The notes beneath the pieces are model-generated. The model did no database searches. It had not been told where the DNA came from and saw nothing but the letters and a program-made list of their open reading frames with translations. Of a stretch of DNA of 64,000 nucleotides, positions 8,837 to 18,930 are shown in pieces (positions within the stretch are counted from its first letter, which is position 1; each line of letters begins with the position of its first letter). The DNA lies in NCBI GenBank assembly GCA_023247255.1, contig JAHFGV010000007.1, positions 6,602-70,601 on the forward strand, written 5' to 3'. Source of the stretch: Candidatus Omnitrophota bacterium. Its GTDB lineage: Bacteria > Omnitrophota > Gorgyraeia > Aquiviventales > Aquiviventaceae. The position numbers and the translations under genes are program-made.

Positions 8837-9767
8837 CAAGACAAGACCCGACACCACAGGGATTTATTTCGAACGCGCCTGCCAAACCCTGGGGCTGACT
8901 TACGAACATTGGTCGCTACGCGATGGCTCACGGATACCAGCCAGCTACGACCTTTACTTGCGAATCGATCACGGAGATGACTATACGATTTTCTTGCCTC
9001 AACGATTACGTCCCAGCGTATTTTACGCGATCGATACGCACCTTTCGCACAGTTGGCCCAAGATCAAACGTCTGGCTGGCAGCGTCGATTTTGTATTTTG
9101 TGCCCAATCGGCGGCTGCGCGCGAATTACATTCCGAGTGGCTGCCGGTTGCTTGCGATCCTTCAACGCATCCAAACGCTTCTCAGGCAACGCAGTGGGAT
9201 GTGGCATTTGTGGGAACCGAGGGAGGACTTCCCCGTAAGTTCATCCTTCAGGCCATTCGGGAGAAGTATCCCAACAGCTTCATCGGCCAGGCCTCGCATA
9301 CTCGATTAATGGATATTTATGGCTGTTCAAAGATCGGATTCAACTATGCGATCCGCTGCGAACTCAACATGCGTTTCTTCGAAATCCTCGGCTCGGGAGC
9401 CTTGCTGGTGACCAATGCCTTGCGCGATCCCAATGATTCGGCAAGCTTGGGACTTCAGGCTGGAGAGCACTTTATCGCCTATGAAAATCCCAGACAGATT
9501 TTTCCATTGATGGATCATTGGCTCCAAAGCGAACGCCAAGAACAGCGGGTTCGGATCGCCCAGGCAGGAATGCGGTTAGTCCGTCAACGCCACAGCTATA
9601 CGCATCGGCTTCGACAGTTGTTAGATGTCGTTTCCCAAAAGCTCGGTATCCATTTCGGAACGGCCAGCGGTGCACAGAGTGCGGACAAACAGCCGATGGT
9701 TGTGGAATCTCTGATGAAAGATTCTTTTGCAAGACCTCAGACACGACACAGGATGAGATTCTCATGA
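8814..9767 (+). CDS. CgeB/YkvP-like glycosyltransferase (GT1_2 domain)
   Basis: WLPVACDP, DVAFVG, KIGFN..ELNMRFFE..G.GALL, HSYTHR. Confidence 0.82.
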   Translation: MRLALIFDKTRPDTTGIYFERACQTLGLTYEHWSLRDGSRIPASYDLYLRIDHGDDYTIFLPQRLRPSVFYAIDTHLSHSWPKIKRLAGSVDFVFCAQSAAARELHSEWLPVACDPSTHPNASQATQWDVAFVGTEGGLPRKFILQAIREKYPNSFIGQASHTRLMDIYGCSKIGFNYAIRCELNMRFFEILGSGALLVTNALRDPNDSASLGLQAGEHFIAYENPRQIFPLMDHWLQSERQEQRVRIAQAGMRLVRQRHSYTHRLRQLLDVVSQKLGIHFGTASGAQSADKQPMVVESLMKDSFARPQTRHRMRFS

Positions 9768-10876
9768 AAATTCTGGTCACAGGGGGTGCTGGGTTCATCG
9801 GTTCACATCTGGTGGACAGATTACTCAGCGAGGGACATGCGATACGCATACTCGACAACTTTGAAGCCCAGGTTCACGAGGGTAACCGGCCGGCCTATCT
9901 CAACCCCGACGCTGAATATCTGCAAGGGGATGTTCGGGATCGAGACTGTCTGCGTCGTGCGCTCGAAGGTGTGGAGGTGGTTTTTCACGAAGCCGCCTGT
10001 GTCGGGGTCGGGCAGTCGATGTACCAAATCGAGAAATACGTCTCGGCCAACGTGCTGGGAACGGCCATCCTCTTGGATTGTATCGTCAATGACCGTATCC
10101 CGTTGAAAAAGCTGATTGTCGCCAGCTCCATGAGTATCTATGGAGAAGGCCAGTATCTCTGTGCCGGCTGCGGAGTCATCTATCCTTCTTTGCGAGCGCT
10201 CGATCAGCTCAAGGAGCGGAAATGGGAAATGCACTGTCACCGATGCGGTTCCATCGCCAAGCCTCAGCCCACACCAGAGACAAAACCGCTCGTACCCACT
10301 TCGGTGTACGCGGTTTCTAAACGGGATCAGGAAGAGCTATGCCTGTCCGTGGGACGCAGCTATCACATCCCTACCGTTGCCCTGCGGTACTTCAACGTCT
10401 ACGGGCCTCGCCAGTCCCTTTCCAATCCCTATACGGGGGTGTGCGCCATTTTTTCTGCCAGGATTAAAAATCACCGTCCTCCTCTCATTTTCGAGGATGG
10501 CTTGCAGACACGAGACTTCATCCACGTCCGTGATATCGTACAGGCCAACGTCTTGGTCATGCAGAATCCGCAAGCCGATTACGAAACATTCAATGTGGGC
10601 ACAGGACAGGCCCTTCCCATCGTCCAGATCGCGCGTCTGTTGAGTGAGCTTTATGAAATCCCTCAAGTTCCCGAGATCAGCTCGAAGTATCGCGCCGGTG
10701 ACATCCGACACTGCTATGCGGACGTCTCGAAGCTGACTGCGCTGGGCTTTCGCCCATCCGTAAGTTTGTCCGATGGCCTCAGGGAACTGGTTGGCTGGGG
10801 CCGCCAGATTAATGCGCAGGATCGTGTTGAGGAAGCGGCCAAAGAACTTCAGGTTAGGGGATTGGCACAAGGATGA
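9764..10876 (+). CDS. NAD-dependent epimerase/dehydratase with Cys-rich insert
   Basis: VTGGAGFIGS, SSMSIYG, YAVSK, RYFNVYGPRQ; CAGC/CHRC insert. Confidence 0.92.
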   Translation: MKILVTGGAGFIGSHLVDRLLSEGHAIRILDNFEAQVHEGNRPAYLNPDAEYLQGDVRDRDCLRRALEGVEVVFHEAACVGVGQSMYQIEKYVSANVLGTAILLDCIVNDRIPLKKLIVASSMSIYGEGQYLCAGCGVIYPSLRALDQLKERKWEMHCHRCGSIAKPQPTPETKPLVPTSVYAVSKRDQEELCLSVGRSYHIPTVALRYFNVYGPRQSLSNPYTGVCAIFSARIKNHRPPLIFEDGLQTRDFIHVRDIVQANVLVMQNPQADYETFNVGTGQALPIVQIARLLSELYEIPQVPEISSKYRAGDIRHCYADVSKLTALGFRPSVSLSDGLRELVGWGRQINAQDRVEEAAKELQVRGLAQG

Positions 10877-12051
10877 GTCCCACCGTAACCCCAAACGTTC
10901 CTGGGACTATCCGCGCAGATCCTATCTGCGATTTGGTTCTCCTTAGCTGGAATCAATGGGAACAGACCGGGCCCTGCCTGGAAACCCTTTTCCAGAATAC
11001 GATTATCCCTTCCCGGCTGTTCATCGTCGATAACGCAAGCGAACAACCGGTAAGGGCGTTTCTTTCAGACGTCAAGCCGCAGGGAGCCATCCTGGAAGTC
11101 AGGCTTCTCCAGAACGAAAAGAACGAAGGGTTCCCGAAAGGAATGAACCGAGGAATCCAGGAATCGACCGCTCCTTTTGTTTGTCTTTTGAACAATGACC
11201 TGCGTTTTACCAAAGGCTGGCTGAAAGAGTTGTTGGACATCGCCCGGAGCAACCCGACGATTGGTGTGCTTAACCCAAGCAGCAGCACCTTCGGGAAAAT
11301 TCCTCCTCGAGGTGTCTCCTTGCAGGAATATGCCGAGAGTCTGCAAAGCCGGCATGGCCAGTTCACGGAAGTGGGCATGTGCATCGGTTTTTGCATGCTC
11401 ATCAAACGAGAGGTACTCACCCGCATCGGTCGGCTCACTGAGGAAGTGGAGCGGATTTTCTTTGAAGATGAAGATTTCTGCATGCGCGTCCAAGCGGCGG
11501 GATACCAATGTGTCGTTGCTGAAGCGTCTTACGTCTATCACGCCGAGCACAAAACCGTCCGTCACATGCCCGAGCGCGAAGCGCTGTTTGAACGTAACCA
11601 GCGCTGGTGCCACAAAAAATGGGGCCGCTGGCTGCGCGTGGCTTGGCCGCAGGTCCGGCCTTTGGTCCCTCACTCGGAGCCGCTGCGCCAATGGCTTCAA
11701 CAGGTTCTAGAGCTGGTCAAGAATCGCACGTACGTCTATGTGTATTGTCCTGTGTCTGTTTCCCTCACCAAAGAAGCTGCTTTTCGATCGGTGAATCTCA
11801 CGGTGCATGCCGATGTTCACTGGCATCGCATTGCTGGGTTTTTGCCCTCCTGGATAGCAACAGGCTGGATTCTCAAACGGCAGAAAAAACACTTTGACAT
11901 CATCATCGCCCCCACCGTACGGTGGCAGAAAATCCTGGAGTTTCTCAGATGGCGTCACCGTGCTCACGTGATCCTGGAAGGGGATTCCCATCGCCTCCAA
12001 GAGCTGATGAGCCTTCTCAGAGGCCCTGTTAAAGAGCAACGGATGCCATGA
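10873..12051 (+). CDS. Glycosyltransferase family 2
   Basis: VDNAS, NEGFPKGMN, LLNND, FEDEDF. Confidence 0.88.
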   Translation: MSPTVTPNVPGTIRADPICDLVLLSWNQWEQTGPCLETLFQNTIIPSRLFIVDNASEQPVRAFLSDVKPQGAILEVRLLQNEKNEGFPKGMNRGIQESTAPFVCLLNNDLRFTKGWLKELLDIARSNPTIGVLNPSSSTFGKIPPRGVSLQEYAESLQSRHGQFTEVGMCIGFCMLIKREVLTRIGRLTEEVERIFFEDEDFCMRVQAAGYQCVVAEASYVYHAEHKTVRHMPEREALFERNQRWCHKKWGRWLRVAWPQVRPLVPHSEPLRQWLQQVLELVKNRTYVYVYCPVSVSLTKEAAFRSVNLTVHADVHWHRIAGFLPSWIATGWILKRQKKHFDIIIAPTVRWQKILEFLRWRHRAHVILEGDSHRLQELMSLLRGPVKEQRMP

Positions 12052-12890
12052 CAAATCCTTCTGCCGACATCTGCCATCCGGAATCTCACCCACAAGGACT
12101 CCCTGGCAAGGCATCTTTGTCCGTCGTGATTTTGGCGAAGAACGAAGAAAGCCGCATCCGTGATTGCCTCCAAAGTGTCCAATGGGCCGATGAAAGATTA
12201 GTTGTGGATGATGAAAGCCAGGACAATACGGTAGCCCTTGCCCGTTCCTTGGGTGCCCGCGTACTTGAGCGAAAGATGGATATCGAAGGCCGGCATCGCA
12301 ACTGGGCTTACGCTCAGGCTTCCCACGAATGGGTTCTCAGCCTCGATGCGGATGAGAGGGTCAGTCCTGAGCTGGCACAAGAAATCCAGGATCTTTTGGC
12401 AAATCCCGCTGCTGCTTTTGAAACCTATGCGATTCCCCGACGTAATTATTTCAAAGATCGGTGGATTCGATACGGGGGCTGGTACCCGAGCGCACAGATG
12501 AAGCTGTTCAAAAAATCCGTCTTCCGATGGGAAGAAACTACGGTGCATCCCCGTGCCATTTCCGACCGGCCCTGGGGCACCTTGACGAGTGACCTCATTC
12601 ATTTCTCCTATCGCGATCGCGACGATTTTCTCGTCAAGCTCCAACGTCACACAACGCTGGAAGCCCAGAAATGGGTTGCGGACGGACGGCGCATGAGCTT
12701 GGCTAAGGCCCTCTGGCGGACGGTCGACCGATTCGTACGCAGCTACATCCTCAAGCAGGGTTACCGGGATGGAAGACTGGGTTTTTTTCTAGCACGGATG
12801 GCAGGCACCTATCAATGGCTCAGCTACCGAAAATTCATTCAGCTTAAAAGGGACGCGCTGACGATTACAAGTGATACCGACGTACAATGA
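12048..12890 (+). CDS. Glycosyltransferase family 2 (WaaE/KdtX-like)
   Basis: VVILAKNEE, WVLSLDADE, GGWYP, GYRDG. Confidence 0.9.
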   Translation: MTNPSADICHPESHPQGLPGKASLSVVILAKNEESRIRDCLQSVQWADERLVVDDESQDNTVALARSLGARVLERKMDIEGRHRNWAYAQASHEWVLSLDADERVSPELAQEIQDLLANPAAAFETYAIPRRNYFKDRWIRYGGWYPSAQMKLFKKSVFRWEETTVHPRAISDRPWGTLTSDLIHFSYRDRDDFLVKLQRHTTLEAQKWVADGRRMSLAKALWRTVDRFVRSYILKQGYRDGRLGFFLARMAGTYQWLSYRKFIQLKRDALTITSDTDVQ

Positions 12891-13040
12891 AGCCTCACGC
12901 ATTGCGTGGCAGTACAGCGCACGGTGGGATATCTGCGCTCGCAAGGCCGATTTGAAGTGAATCTTTTCGTTGACCCCTTGCAGATGGCTCAGGAGTTGTG
13001 GCGTATTCGCCGCAACCTTCGTCAGGGTAAGAGCGCCTGA
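12871..13040 (+). pseudogene. Internally deleted remnant of a polyprenol-phosphate glycosyltransferase (GT2)
   Basis: VIPTYNEASRIA, then after a frameshift VQRTVGYLRSQGRFE-VNLFVDPLQMAQELWRIRRNLRQGK; resembles N- and C-termini joined. Confidence 0.6.
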
Positions 13041-13080
13041 CATAATGAGCACACGGCCGCGATCATTATGTTAGGCACTT
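13031..13080. mobile_element. Short family-C MITE (TIRs only)
   Basis: GAGCGCCTGACATAATGA / TCATTATGTTAGGCACTT, TAA on both sides. Confidence 0.75.
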
Positions 13081-13083
13081 TAA

Positions 13084-13243
13084 GGGTTCGTTAAGAAATA
13101 ACTGCATCCATTTGACCGGGGGCTTTTGACCCATGGCTGCGTTGCTCATCGCTTACATCCTCATCGAGGATGCTCGCTCTTCGCGCCTTGCCCTGAGTCA
13201 AAATCCCCACGGCCAAATAGCGCAGTCATTTCTTAACGAACCC
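13084..13243. mobile_element. MITE family D, 160 bp
   Basis: TIRs GGGTTCGTTAAGAAAT(A)ACTGC / GCAGT(C)ATTTCTTAACGAACCC; TAA on both sides. Confidence 0.85.
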
Positions 13244-13274
13244 TAAGTATCCTGCCGGTGAACCGATGCGGACT

Positions 13275-14531
13275 TCAGGAGCAGGACCGTCGCTGGCACC
13301 AGACAAGGGCGAAGACGGTCAAGCTGAACCAGGGAAGGATCATCAGTACCAAGAAGACATACGACTCTCTGCGAAAATACAGAATCCCTAGGAAACGCCA
13401 AAAAGAACTATGCGTCATGGCGCTCAGAGCAAGAAGCAAAGCCATGGTGATTCCCCAGGCTGGAACCCGGATGAGTTTCTGTGGAGAACTCCAACTCGAT
13501 GCTATCGCAACGGTTACAGGAAGGATTAAAGCGCTATATGAGGAAATCCAGGCCGTTGGAGAACAAAGCACCATCAGGACTATCAACAGGCTGGCATCAT
13601 ATACCGATCGTCTGGATGATTCTTCCTCAGTAGGTTCCGTCTTTGGCCCGATGAGAACCGAGCTAAAGAGAAAAAAAGACACAGTGGCAGCGAGTCCCCA
13701 GAGGGCTGGCTGAGGCAGATTCAGGATATTGAGGTGGTAGGCGTCTTCGGAGAAAAAACGTCCCATGAGCGAGAGCAACGTCTGATTGCCAATTTCAAAA
13801 GCACGCGACTGTCCACTCGACCAAAGGACATGGAGCCAATTTCGGAATAATGCCAGTGGCTCATGGGGAAGTAGGAGGAAAGCGGCGATTCCATTGATCA
13901 GCCCAAAGCAGATCGACGTTCGAAGAAGCAGATCCCAGCGTTTTTTGAATATCCAATAAATAGGAAAGAGCAAGGCGGGTAATTTTAAGGAGATCGCGCA
14001 CGCAAAACCGAAAGCGCTCCACCCAGGCCGATGGATCGTCTGGGCAACCAGGGCTCCAATAATAAGCGCGCTCCAAAGTAAATTGACCTGTCCGGTGAGA
14101 AACTCGGCGCTGATGGAACGCACAAGCAACAAGGTTACGGCGACACCGAGCCATGGCGGCGTTTTCAATGACATTCGCGTGCATAATCGAGCCGCACCAA
14201 CCATTGCCAAAAGCATCCAAACGCACGTCAGGAAAGCCCATATCACGGCTGCTGCTTGCTTCGAAACCCAAGCCAGAGGCAGCCAGAACAGGGCCCAGCA
14301 GGGGGCGTATTTGAACATCATGAGATCGGATGTGGTTGGATCATACAAACCGGCTGCTGATCCCTGGCTGATGCGCTGGGCGATCGTATAGTAGACATCG
14401 AAATCCATCAGGAACGGCGGGAAAAACACAAAGTTTAGGGGAAACCGGGCTAAAAGCACAACGGCAAGAATTCCATACCACAACGAGGCAGGCCATTTCC
14501 AAGGGGAAACAACAATCGAACGTTTCAGCAT
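13275..14531 (-). CDS. Glycosyltransferase family 87 (DUF2029) membrane protein
   Basis: DFDVYY, FKYAP, GQVN, ACAISLKL, NQTL, SPTAW; polytopic. Confidence 0.85.
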   Translation of the reverse strand: MLKRSIVVSPWKWPASLWYGILAVVLLARFPLNFVFFPPFLMDFDVYYTIAQRISQGSAAGLYDPTTSDLMMFKYAPCWALFWLPLAWVSKQAAAVIWAFLTCVWMLLAMVGAARLCTRMSLKTPPWLGVAVTLLLVRSISAEFLTGQVNLLWSALIIGALVAQTIHRPGWSAFGFACAISLKLPALLFPIYWIFKKRWDLLLRTSICFGLINGIAAFLLLPHEPLALFRNWLHVLWSSGQSRAFEIGNQTLLSLMGRFFSEDAYHLNILNLPQPALWGLAATVSFFLFSSVLIGPKTEPTEEESSRRSVYDASLLIVLMVLCSPTAWISSYSALILPVTVAIASSWSSPQKLIRVPAWGITMALLLALSAMTHSSFWRFLGILYFRRESYVFLVLMILPWFSLTVFALVWCQRRSCS

Positions 14532-14605
14532 TTGATTTGTCCCTCATTATTCCTGAATGTGTCGTGAGGAGCAATTAAAAACTATCATTATGGACACAAC
14601 CCCGA

Positions 14606-17200
14606 ATGCTTAGTCTGATCATTCCTACCTATAAAGAAAGGGAAAACATTGAAGAGTTGTTCAGGCGTATTGAGTCTATAGAGTCACAGCTCGGGGAAGA
14701 ACTGGAACTTTTGATCGTAGACAGCGATTCACCGGACGGCACCTCTGATCTGGCGCGGAATTTGCTGAACGAACACCTAACCGGTGGAGCCCCACGGGAT
14801 GAGCCTGTGGCTCCTAAGAGCACGCCCCGCGTGGGGCGACATCCCGCCCACCCGCTTGTTGAAGCAAACCAACTGGGCCGATGGCCAAAGGCCGAGGCCC
14901 GATGGCGGGGAGGAGCCCCACGGCCAGAGGCCGTGGCCCGATGGCGAGCTCGAGTGATCGATTCTCAGAGCCGTGATCTTACCCGTGCTATCCTTGAAGG
15001 GGTTGGATCTGCCCAGGGAAACCTCATCGGCGTAATGGATGCGGATTTGAGCCATCCTCCCGAGCTTCTGCCGGGACTTGTGCGATCGATCCGAGAGGGA
15101 TATCCATTAGCCATCGCCAGCCGTTACGTGCAAGGCTCCCAAATTGTCCACTGGCCATTAAAGCGCCGCCTGCTCTCTTACCTGGCTAGTCGTTTCGCCC
15201 GGGTATTGGTTTCCGGAATCACCGACCCCATGAGCGGTTATTTTGTCTGCCAGGCGGAACACTTACGCAAGCTTTCTGTGCAATCCTGTGGTTTCAAGAT
15301 CCTTTTGGAGCTTTTGGTAAGAATGGACGTTGCGCGTGTCCGAGAAATACCTTACGTCTTCATCGATCGACGGCAGGGCACCAGTAAACTCCGCGCGTTG
15401 GTTCTCGGCCGCGCCATCGCTCAATGGGTCCGGTTATTTGGATATCGTCTGCGTCATTCTTACCGTCGCTCTCCATCACCTGCGCCGAATCCGGAATCTA
15501 AAGCCGTCCGGTATCATGGAAACACTAGTCAGCGTCAGACTCTTTCCGTAGTCATCTTGACTAAAAACGAGGAGTCACGGATCGCTCGTTGTCTTGCAAG
15601 TGTCCAGTGGGCCGATGAAGTGATTATCGTTGATGGAATGAGCACGGATGGAACTGTGGAAATTTGTCGTCAGTTCGGTGCGCGTGTGATCACGCATCCT
15701 TTTGAAGGAAGCTTCGCCCAGGAGCGTAACCTGGGTCTGGAACATGCCACAAGCGATTGGGCGCTTCAACTGGATGCGGATGACGTTGTGACTCCTGCTT
15801 TTCATAGAGCCGTTGAGCGGATCTTAACTGAACCTTCAAGCCATGACGCTTATAAGTTCAGACGAAAAAGCCACCTGTTGGGACGCTTCATGCGCTATGG
15901 CGGTTGGTACCATTACCTGCCGAACCTCGTTCGTACCCGTGCGGTTCGTTACGAGGGACGGGTACATGAACGCCCCATTGTTCAGGGAAGCCTAGGCCAA
16001 CTGGACGCCGATATCGAACACCATCCGTGTGAAAATCTCGCTCACTTCATGGATCGGCACAATCGTTACACTACCCTCAGCGCCCAGGAACTTCTATCGA
16101 CCTTGGGTCATCAAGACCCCAAGCGGATCATCCCGAAGATCATTCGAAGGCCGTGGAAAAGTTTTTGGAAAACCTTCGTCCGGAAACAGGCTTTTCGAGA
16201 AGGCCTGCATGGCTTGGTCTTTTCCCTTTTTTTCGCCGGCGTAGAGCTTATCAAATGGGTGAAATACTGGGAACTGTGTACGGATCGTTCGGCCTCGTCA
16301 GAGCCATCCCATTTTCTTGAATCCACTGGCTTAAACGCATTGAAAAAACAATCCGCGGATGGCCAGCATTGCGAGCGTCTATCCGTTGTGTTGATGACGA
16401 AAAATGAAGAAGCCCGTCTGAAAAGTTGCCTGGATCGTGTGGTTCACTGGGCGGATGAAATCGTCGTCGTCGATGACCTGAGCACGGACCGAACGGTTGA
16501 AATCGCAAGAATCTACACGGATAAGGTGTTTCTCTATCCTTGCGAGAATAATCACGACCGCCAATGGAACCGGGGTATTCAACACGCAACCGGTGACTGG
16601 ATCCTGCATATCGATGCCGATGAGTGGGTTGGCTCTCAACTGCGAGCAGCCATCGATCTCATCCTCACCCGGCCTCAACCCTATGCAGCTTTTGAGATCA
16701 TGCGGAAAAATCATTTTCTCGGACATCCGATGCGCCAGGGAGGCTGGTACCATCGGCATCGGGTACTTTTCCGACGGACCCGCGCCCGTTGCATCGGAAA
16801 TGGGATACATGTCCAGCTTCAAGTGGACGGCCCTGTAGGATTCCTCAACGCCGAGATCGAGCATTTTCCGTTTTCCAGCATCAGTCAATTCATCGAGCGG
16901 CAAAACCGTTACACCAGCGTTGAGGCACAGGGCCTTCTTGCAGAACGCGGTTCTCTAGCCATGCGCCATTTGTATTACCAACTGACGGTCCGTCCGGTGA
17001 AGCTTTTCTGGAAATCCTACGTCAAGAACCAAGGCTATCGGGAGGGGGCCTATGGACTTGTGTTCGGCTTGCTTTATTCCTTCGTCCACATCCTTCGCTG
17101 GGCAAAATATTGGGAGCTTACTCAGAGCCGTGAGGTTTCTTTGAAAGAAGTCCGTCCCATGAACCCAGAAACCACTGCTGCGCAGGGTGTATACGCATGA
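14606..17200 (+). CDS. Three-domain glycosyltransferase: DPM-synthase-like GT2 + two WaaE-like GT2 domains
   Basis: IIPTYKE..MDADLSHPP..DPMSG; LTKNEE..LDADD; MTKNEE..IDADE. Confidence 0.88.
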   Translation: MLSLIIPTYKERENIEELFRRIESIESQLGEELELLIVDSDSPDGTSDLARNLLNEHLTGGAPRDEPVAPKSTPRVGRHPAHPLVEANQLGRWPKAEARWRGGAPRPEAVARWRARVIDSQSRDLTRAILEGVGSAQGNLIGVMDADLSHPPELLPGLVRSIREGYPLAIASRYVQGSQIVHWPLKRRLLSYLASRFARVLVSGITDPMSGYFVCQAEHLRKLSVQSCGFKILLELLVRMDVARVREIPYVFIDRRQGTSKLRALVLGRAIAQWVRLFGYRLRHSYRRSPSPAPNPESKAVRYHGNTSQRQTLSVVILTKNEESRIARCLASVQWADEVIIVDGMSTDGTVEICRQFGARVITHPFEGSFAQERNLGLEHATSDWALQLDADDVVTPAFHRAVERILTEPSSHDAYKFRRKSHLLGRFMRYGGWYHYLPNLVRTRAVRYEGRVHERPIVQGSLGQLDADIEHHPCENLAHFMDRHNRYTTLSAQELLSTLGHQDPKRIIPKIIRRPWKSFWKTFVRKQAFREGLHGLVFSLFFAGVELIKWVKYWELCTDRSASSEPSHFLESTGLNALKKQSADGQHCERLSVVLMTKNEEARLKSCLDRVVHWADEIVVVDDLSTDRTVEIARIYTDKVFLYPCENNHDRQWNRGIQHATGDWILHIDADEWVGSQLRAAIDLILTRPQPYAAFEIMRKNHFLGHPMRQGGWYHRHRVLFRRTRARCIGNGIHVQLQVDGPVGFLNAEIEHFPFSSISQFIERQNRYTSVEAQGLLAERGSLAMRHLYYQLTVRPVKLFWKSYVKNQGYREGAYGLVFGLLYSFVHILRWAKYWELTQSREVSLKEVRPMNPETTAAQGVYA
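14778..14949. repeat. Cluster of REP-like palindromes inserted in frame in the GT gene
   Basis: GGAGCCCCACGGGATGAGCCTGTGGCTCC (also ~22857, ~23003, ~51650); GTGGGGCGACATCCCGCCCACCC (reverse copy at ~39177-39211); duplicated GGCCCGATGGCG. Confidence 0.75.
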
Positions 17201-17616
17201 GTCCGCCGCAGCTCGGTCCTAACGAAGGGATCGTTTCCCAACGTCCACCTTTCATCGATGGGCGTGGGGAAATCCGGAATCTGCTCGATGTGCCCTTTAC
17301 CAGTGTCGCCGTCATTACATCGGTGAAGGGGGCCATCCGGGGCAATCATTATCACAAGACCGATTATCATTATTGCTGGCTGCAGCGGGGAAGTCTGATT
17401 TACGCGCATCGGCCGGTGGGGGACAAGCGAGCGGCGCGACGATGGGTCATTAAGCCTGGGGACATCTTCTACACCCCAGCGCAATACGAGCATGTGATGG
17501 TTTTTACCGAAGACTCCGTAATGTTTGCGTTTGCGCGCAACAACCGAGAAATGGCAAACTACGAGGCGGATACCGTACGCATTCCCGCATTAGAGTGCGT
17601 CCCGGTACCATCGTAG
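17197..17616 (+). CDS. Cupin-fold sugar isomerase/epimerase (WxcM/FdtA-like)
   Basis: FIDGRG, RGNHYHK, distal H; within the sugar operon. Confidence 0.78.
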   Translation: MSPPQLGPNEGIVSQRPPFIDGRGEIRNLLDVPFTSVAVITSVKGAIRGNHYHKTDYHYCWLQRGSLIYAHRPVGDKRAARRWVIKPGDIFYTPAQYEHVMVFTEDSVMFAFARNNREMANYEADTVRIPALECVPVPS

Positions 17617-17640
17617 GAGCCACCCTTAACTATAGATTCC

Positions 17641-18930
17641 ATGAAAACAGGGCATGCCTTTTCAGAAAATATCGATGCCCCATCGACATCCATGCGTCGG
17701 CGGCGGGATTGTCGGCTCTGCGGTTCCGGCAGGCTTCGACACCTTTTTTCGCTAGGTCAAACGCCACCGGCCAATGCGTTTGTAACTGCCGAAAACCGAA
17801 GCCAGCCTCAAGAACATTTCCCGCTAGACGTCCATCTGTGTCAAGAATGCCGGCACGTTCAACTTCTAGACGTCGTCGATCCCGAACTGCTTTTCCGAAA
17901 TTACGTTTACGTTTCCTCCACGTCAACGGTTTTTGTAGAACATTTCCGCCGCTACGCCCGGGCTGTGCTTGATTTGTTACACTTGCCGCCTGGCTGCTGC
18001 GTCATAGAAATCGGCAGCAATGATGGGACGTGTCTGCAATTTTTCAAAGAAGCGGGAATGCGCGTTCTGGGAATCGATCCGGCCTTAGCCATTGCCGCGG
18101 AAGCGACGCGAAAGGGAATCGAGACCGTGCCGGAGTTTTTCAACCTCTCGTTGGCCCAACGGTTGAAGGCTCAAGATTTACAAGCGCATCTTGTGATCGC
18201 CAACAATGTCTTTGCCCACGCGGATGATCTGCATACCATCGTCGATGGTGTTTCTCATCTGTTGAAATCGGATGGCCTGTTCGTCTTTGAAGTCTCCTAC
18301 CTGCTGGACGTCGTTCAGAAGACGCTGTTCGATACCATCTATCATGAACACCTCAGTTACCATACCGTTGGGCCCCTCATCGGATTCTTTGAACGTCATG
18401 GAATGAAACTGGTGGATGTGATTCGAGTAGACAGCCATGGCGGTTCCTTAAGGGGATTGGCACAGCCCAAAGCCGGCCCCCTGCCGGTACACCCGCGCGT
18501 GCAGGAACTCGTGGATCTGGAAGCCCGGTTCGGCCTGCATGATGCGGCCGCCTACCAAGATTTTTTCAACAACGTTCAGAAACGCAAACAGCAGCTCAAC
18601 GAAGTGCTACACCGTTTCAAGAAGCAAGGGAAGCGGATCGCTGGTTTTGGGGCACCGGCGAAGGCAACCACGTTGATGTACCATTTCGGATTAGGTCCGC
18701 AAAGTTTGGATTACATCTTAGATGACAGCCCTTGGAAGCAGGGATTGTACACCCCTGGGCACCATATACCGGTGGTGCCCACCTCATGGTTGTATGAAGA
18801 CGCACGCCGACCCGATGCCGTCTTGATACTGGCGTGGAACTTTGCCAAATCGATCATGAAAAAACACCAGGCGTTTAAAAATGATGGGGGGTGTTTCATC
18901 GTTCCGCTTCCCGACGTCGAGGTTCACTGA
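17641..18930 (+). CDS. NDP-sugar C-methyltransferase (zinc finger + class I SAM + C-methyltransferase C-terminal domain)
   Basis: CRLC..CQEC, EIGSNDG, ANNVFAH, IYHEHLSY, GAPAKA, LAWNF. Confidence 0.92.
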   Translation: MKTGHAFSENIDAPSTSMRRRRDCRLCGSGRLRHLFSLGQTPPANAFVTAENRSQPQEHFPLDVHLCQECRHVQLLDVVDPELLFRNYVYVSSTSTVFVEHFRRYARAVLDLLHLPPGCCVIEIGSNDGTCLQFFKEAGMRVLGIDPALAIAAEATRKGIETVPEFFNLSLAQRLKAQDLQAHLVIANNVFAHADDLHTIVDGVSHLLKSDGLFVFEVSYLLDVVQKTLFDTIYHEHLSYHTVGPLIGFFERHGMKLVDVIRVDSHGGSLRGLAQPKAGPLPVHPRVQELVDLEARFGLHDAAAYQDFFNNVQKRKQQLNEVLHRFKKQGKRIAGFGAPAKATTLMYHFGLGPQSLDYILDDSPWKQGLYTPGHHIPVVPTSWLYEDARRPDAVLILAWNFAKSIMKKHQAFKNDGGCFIVPLPDVEVH

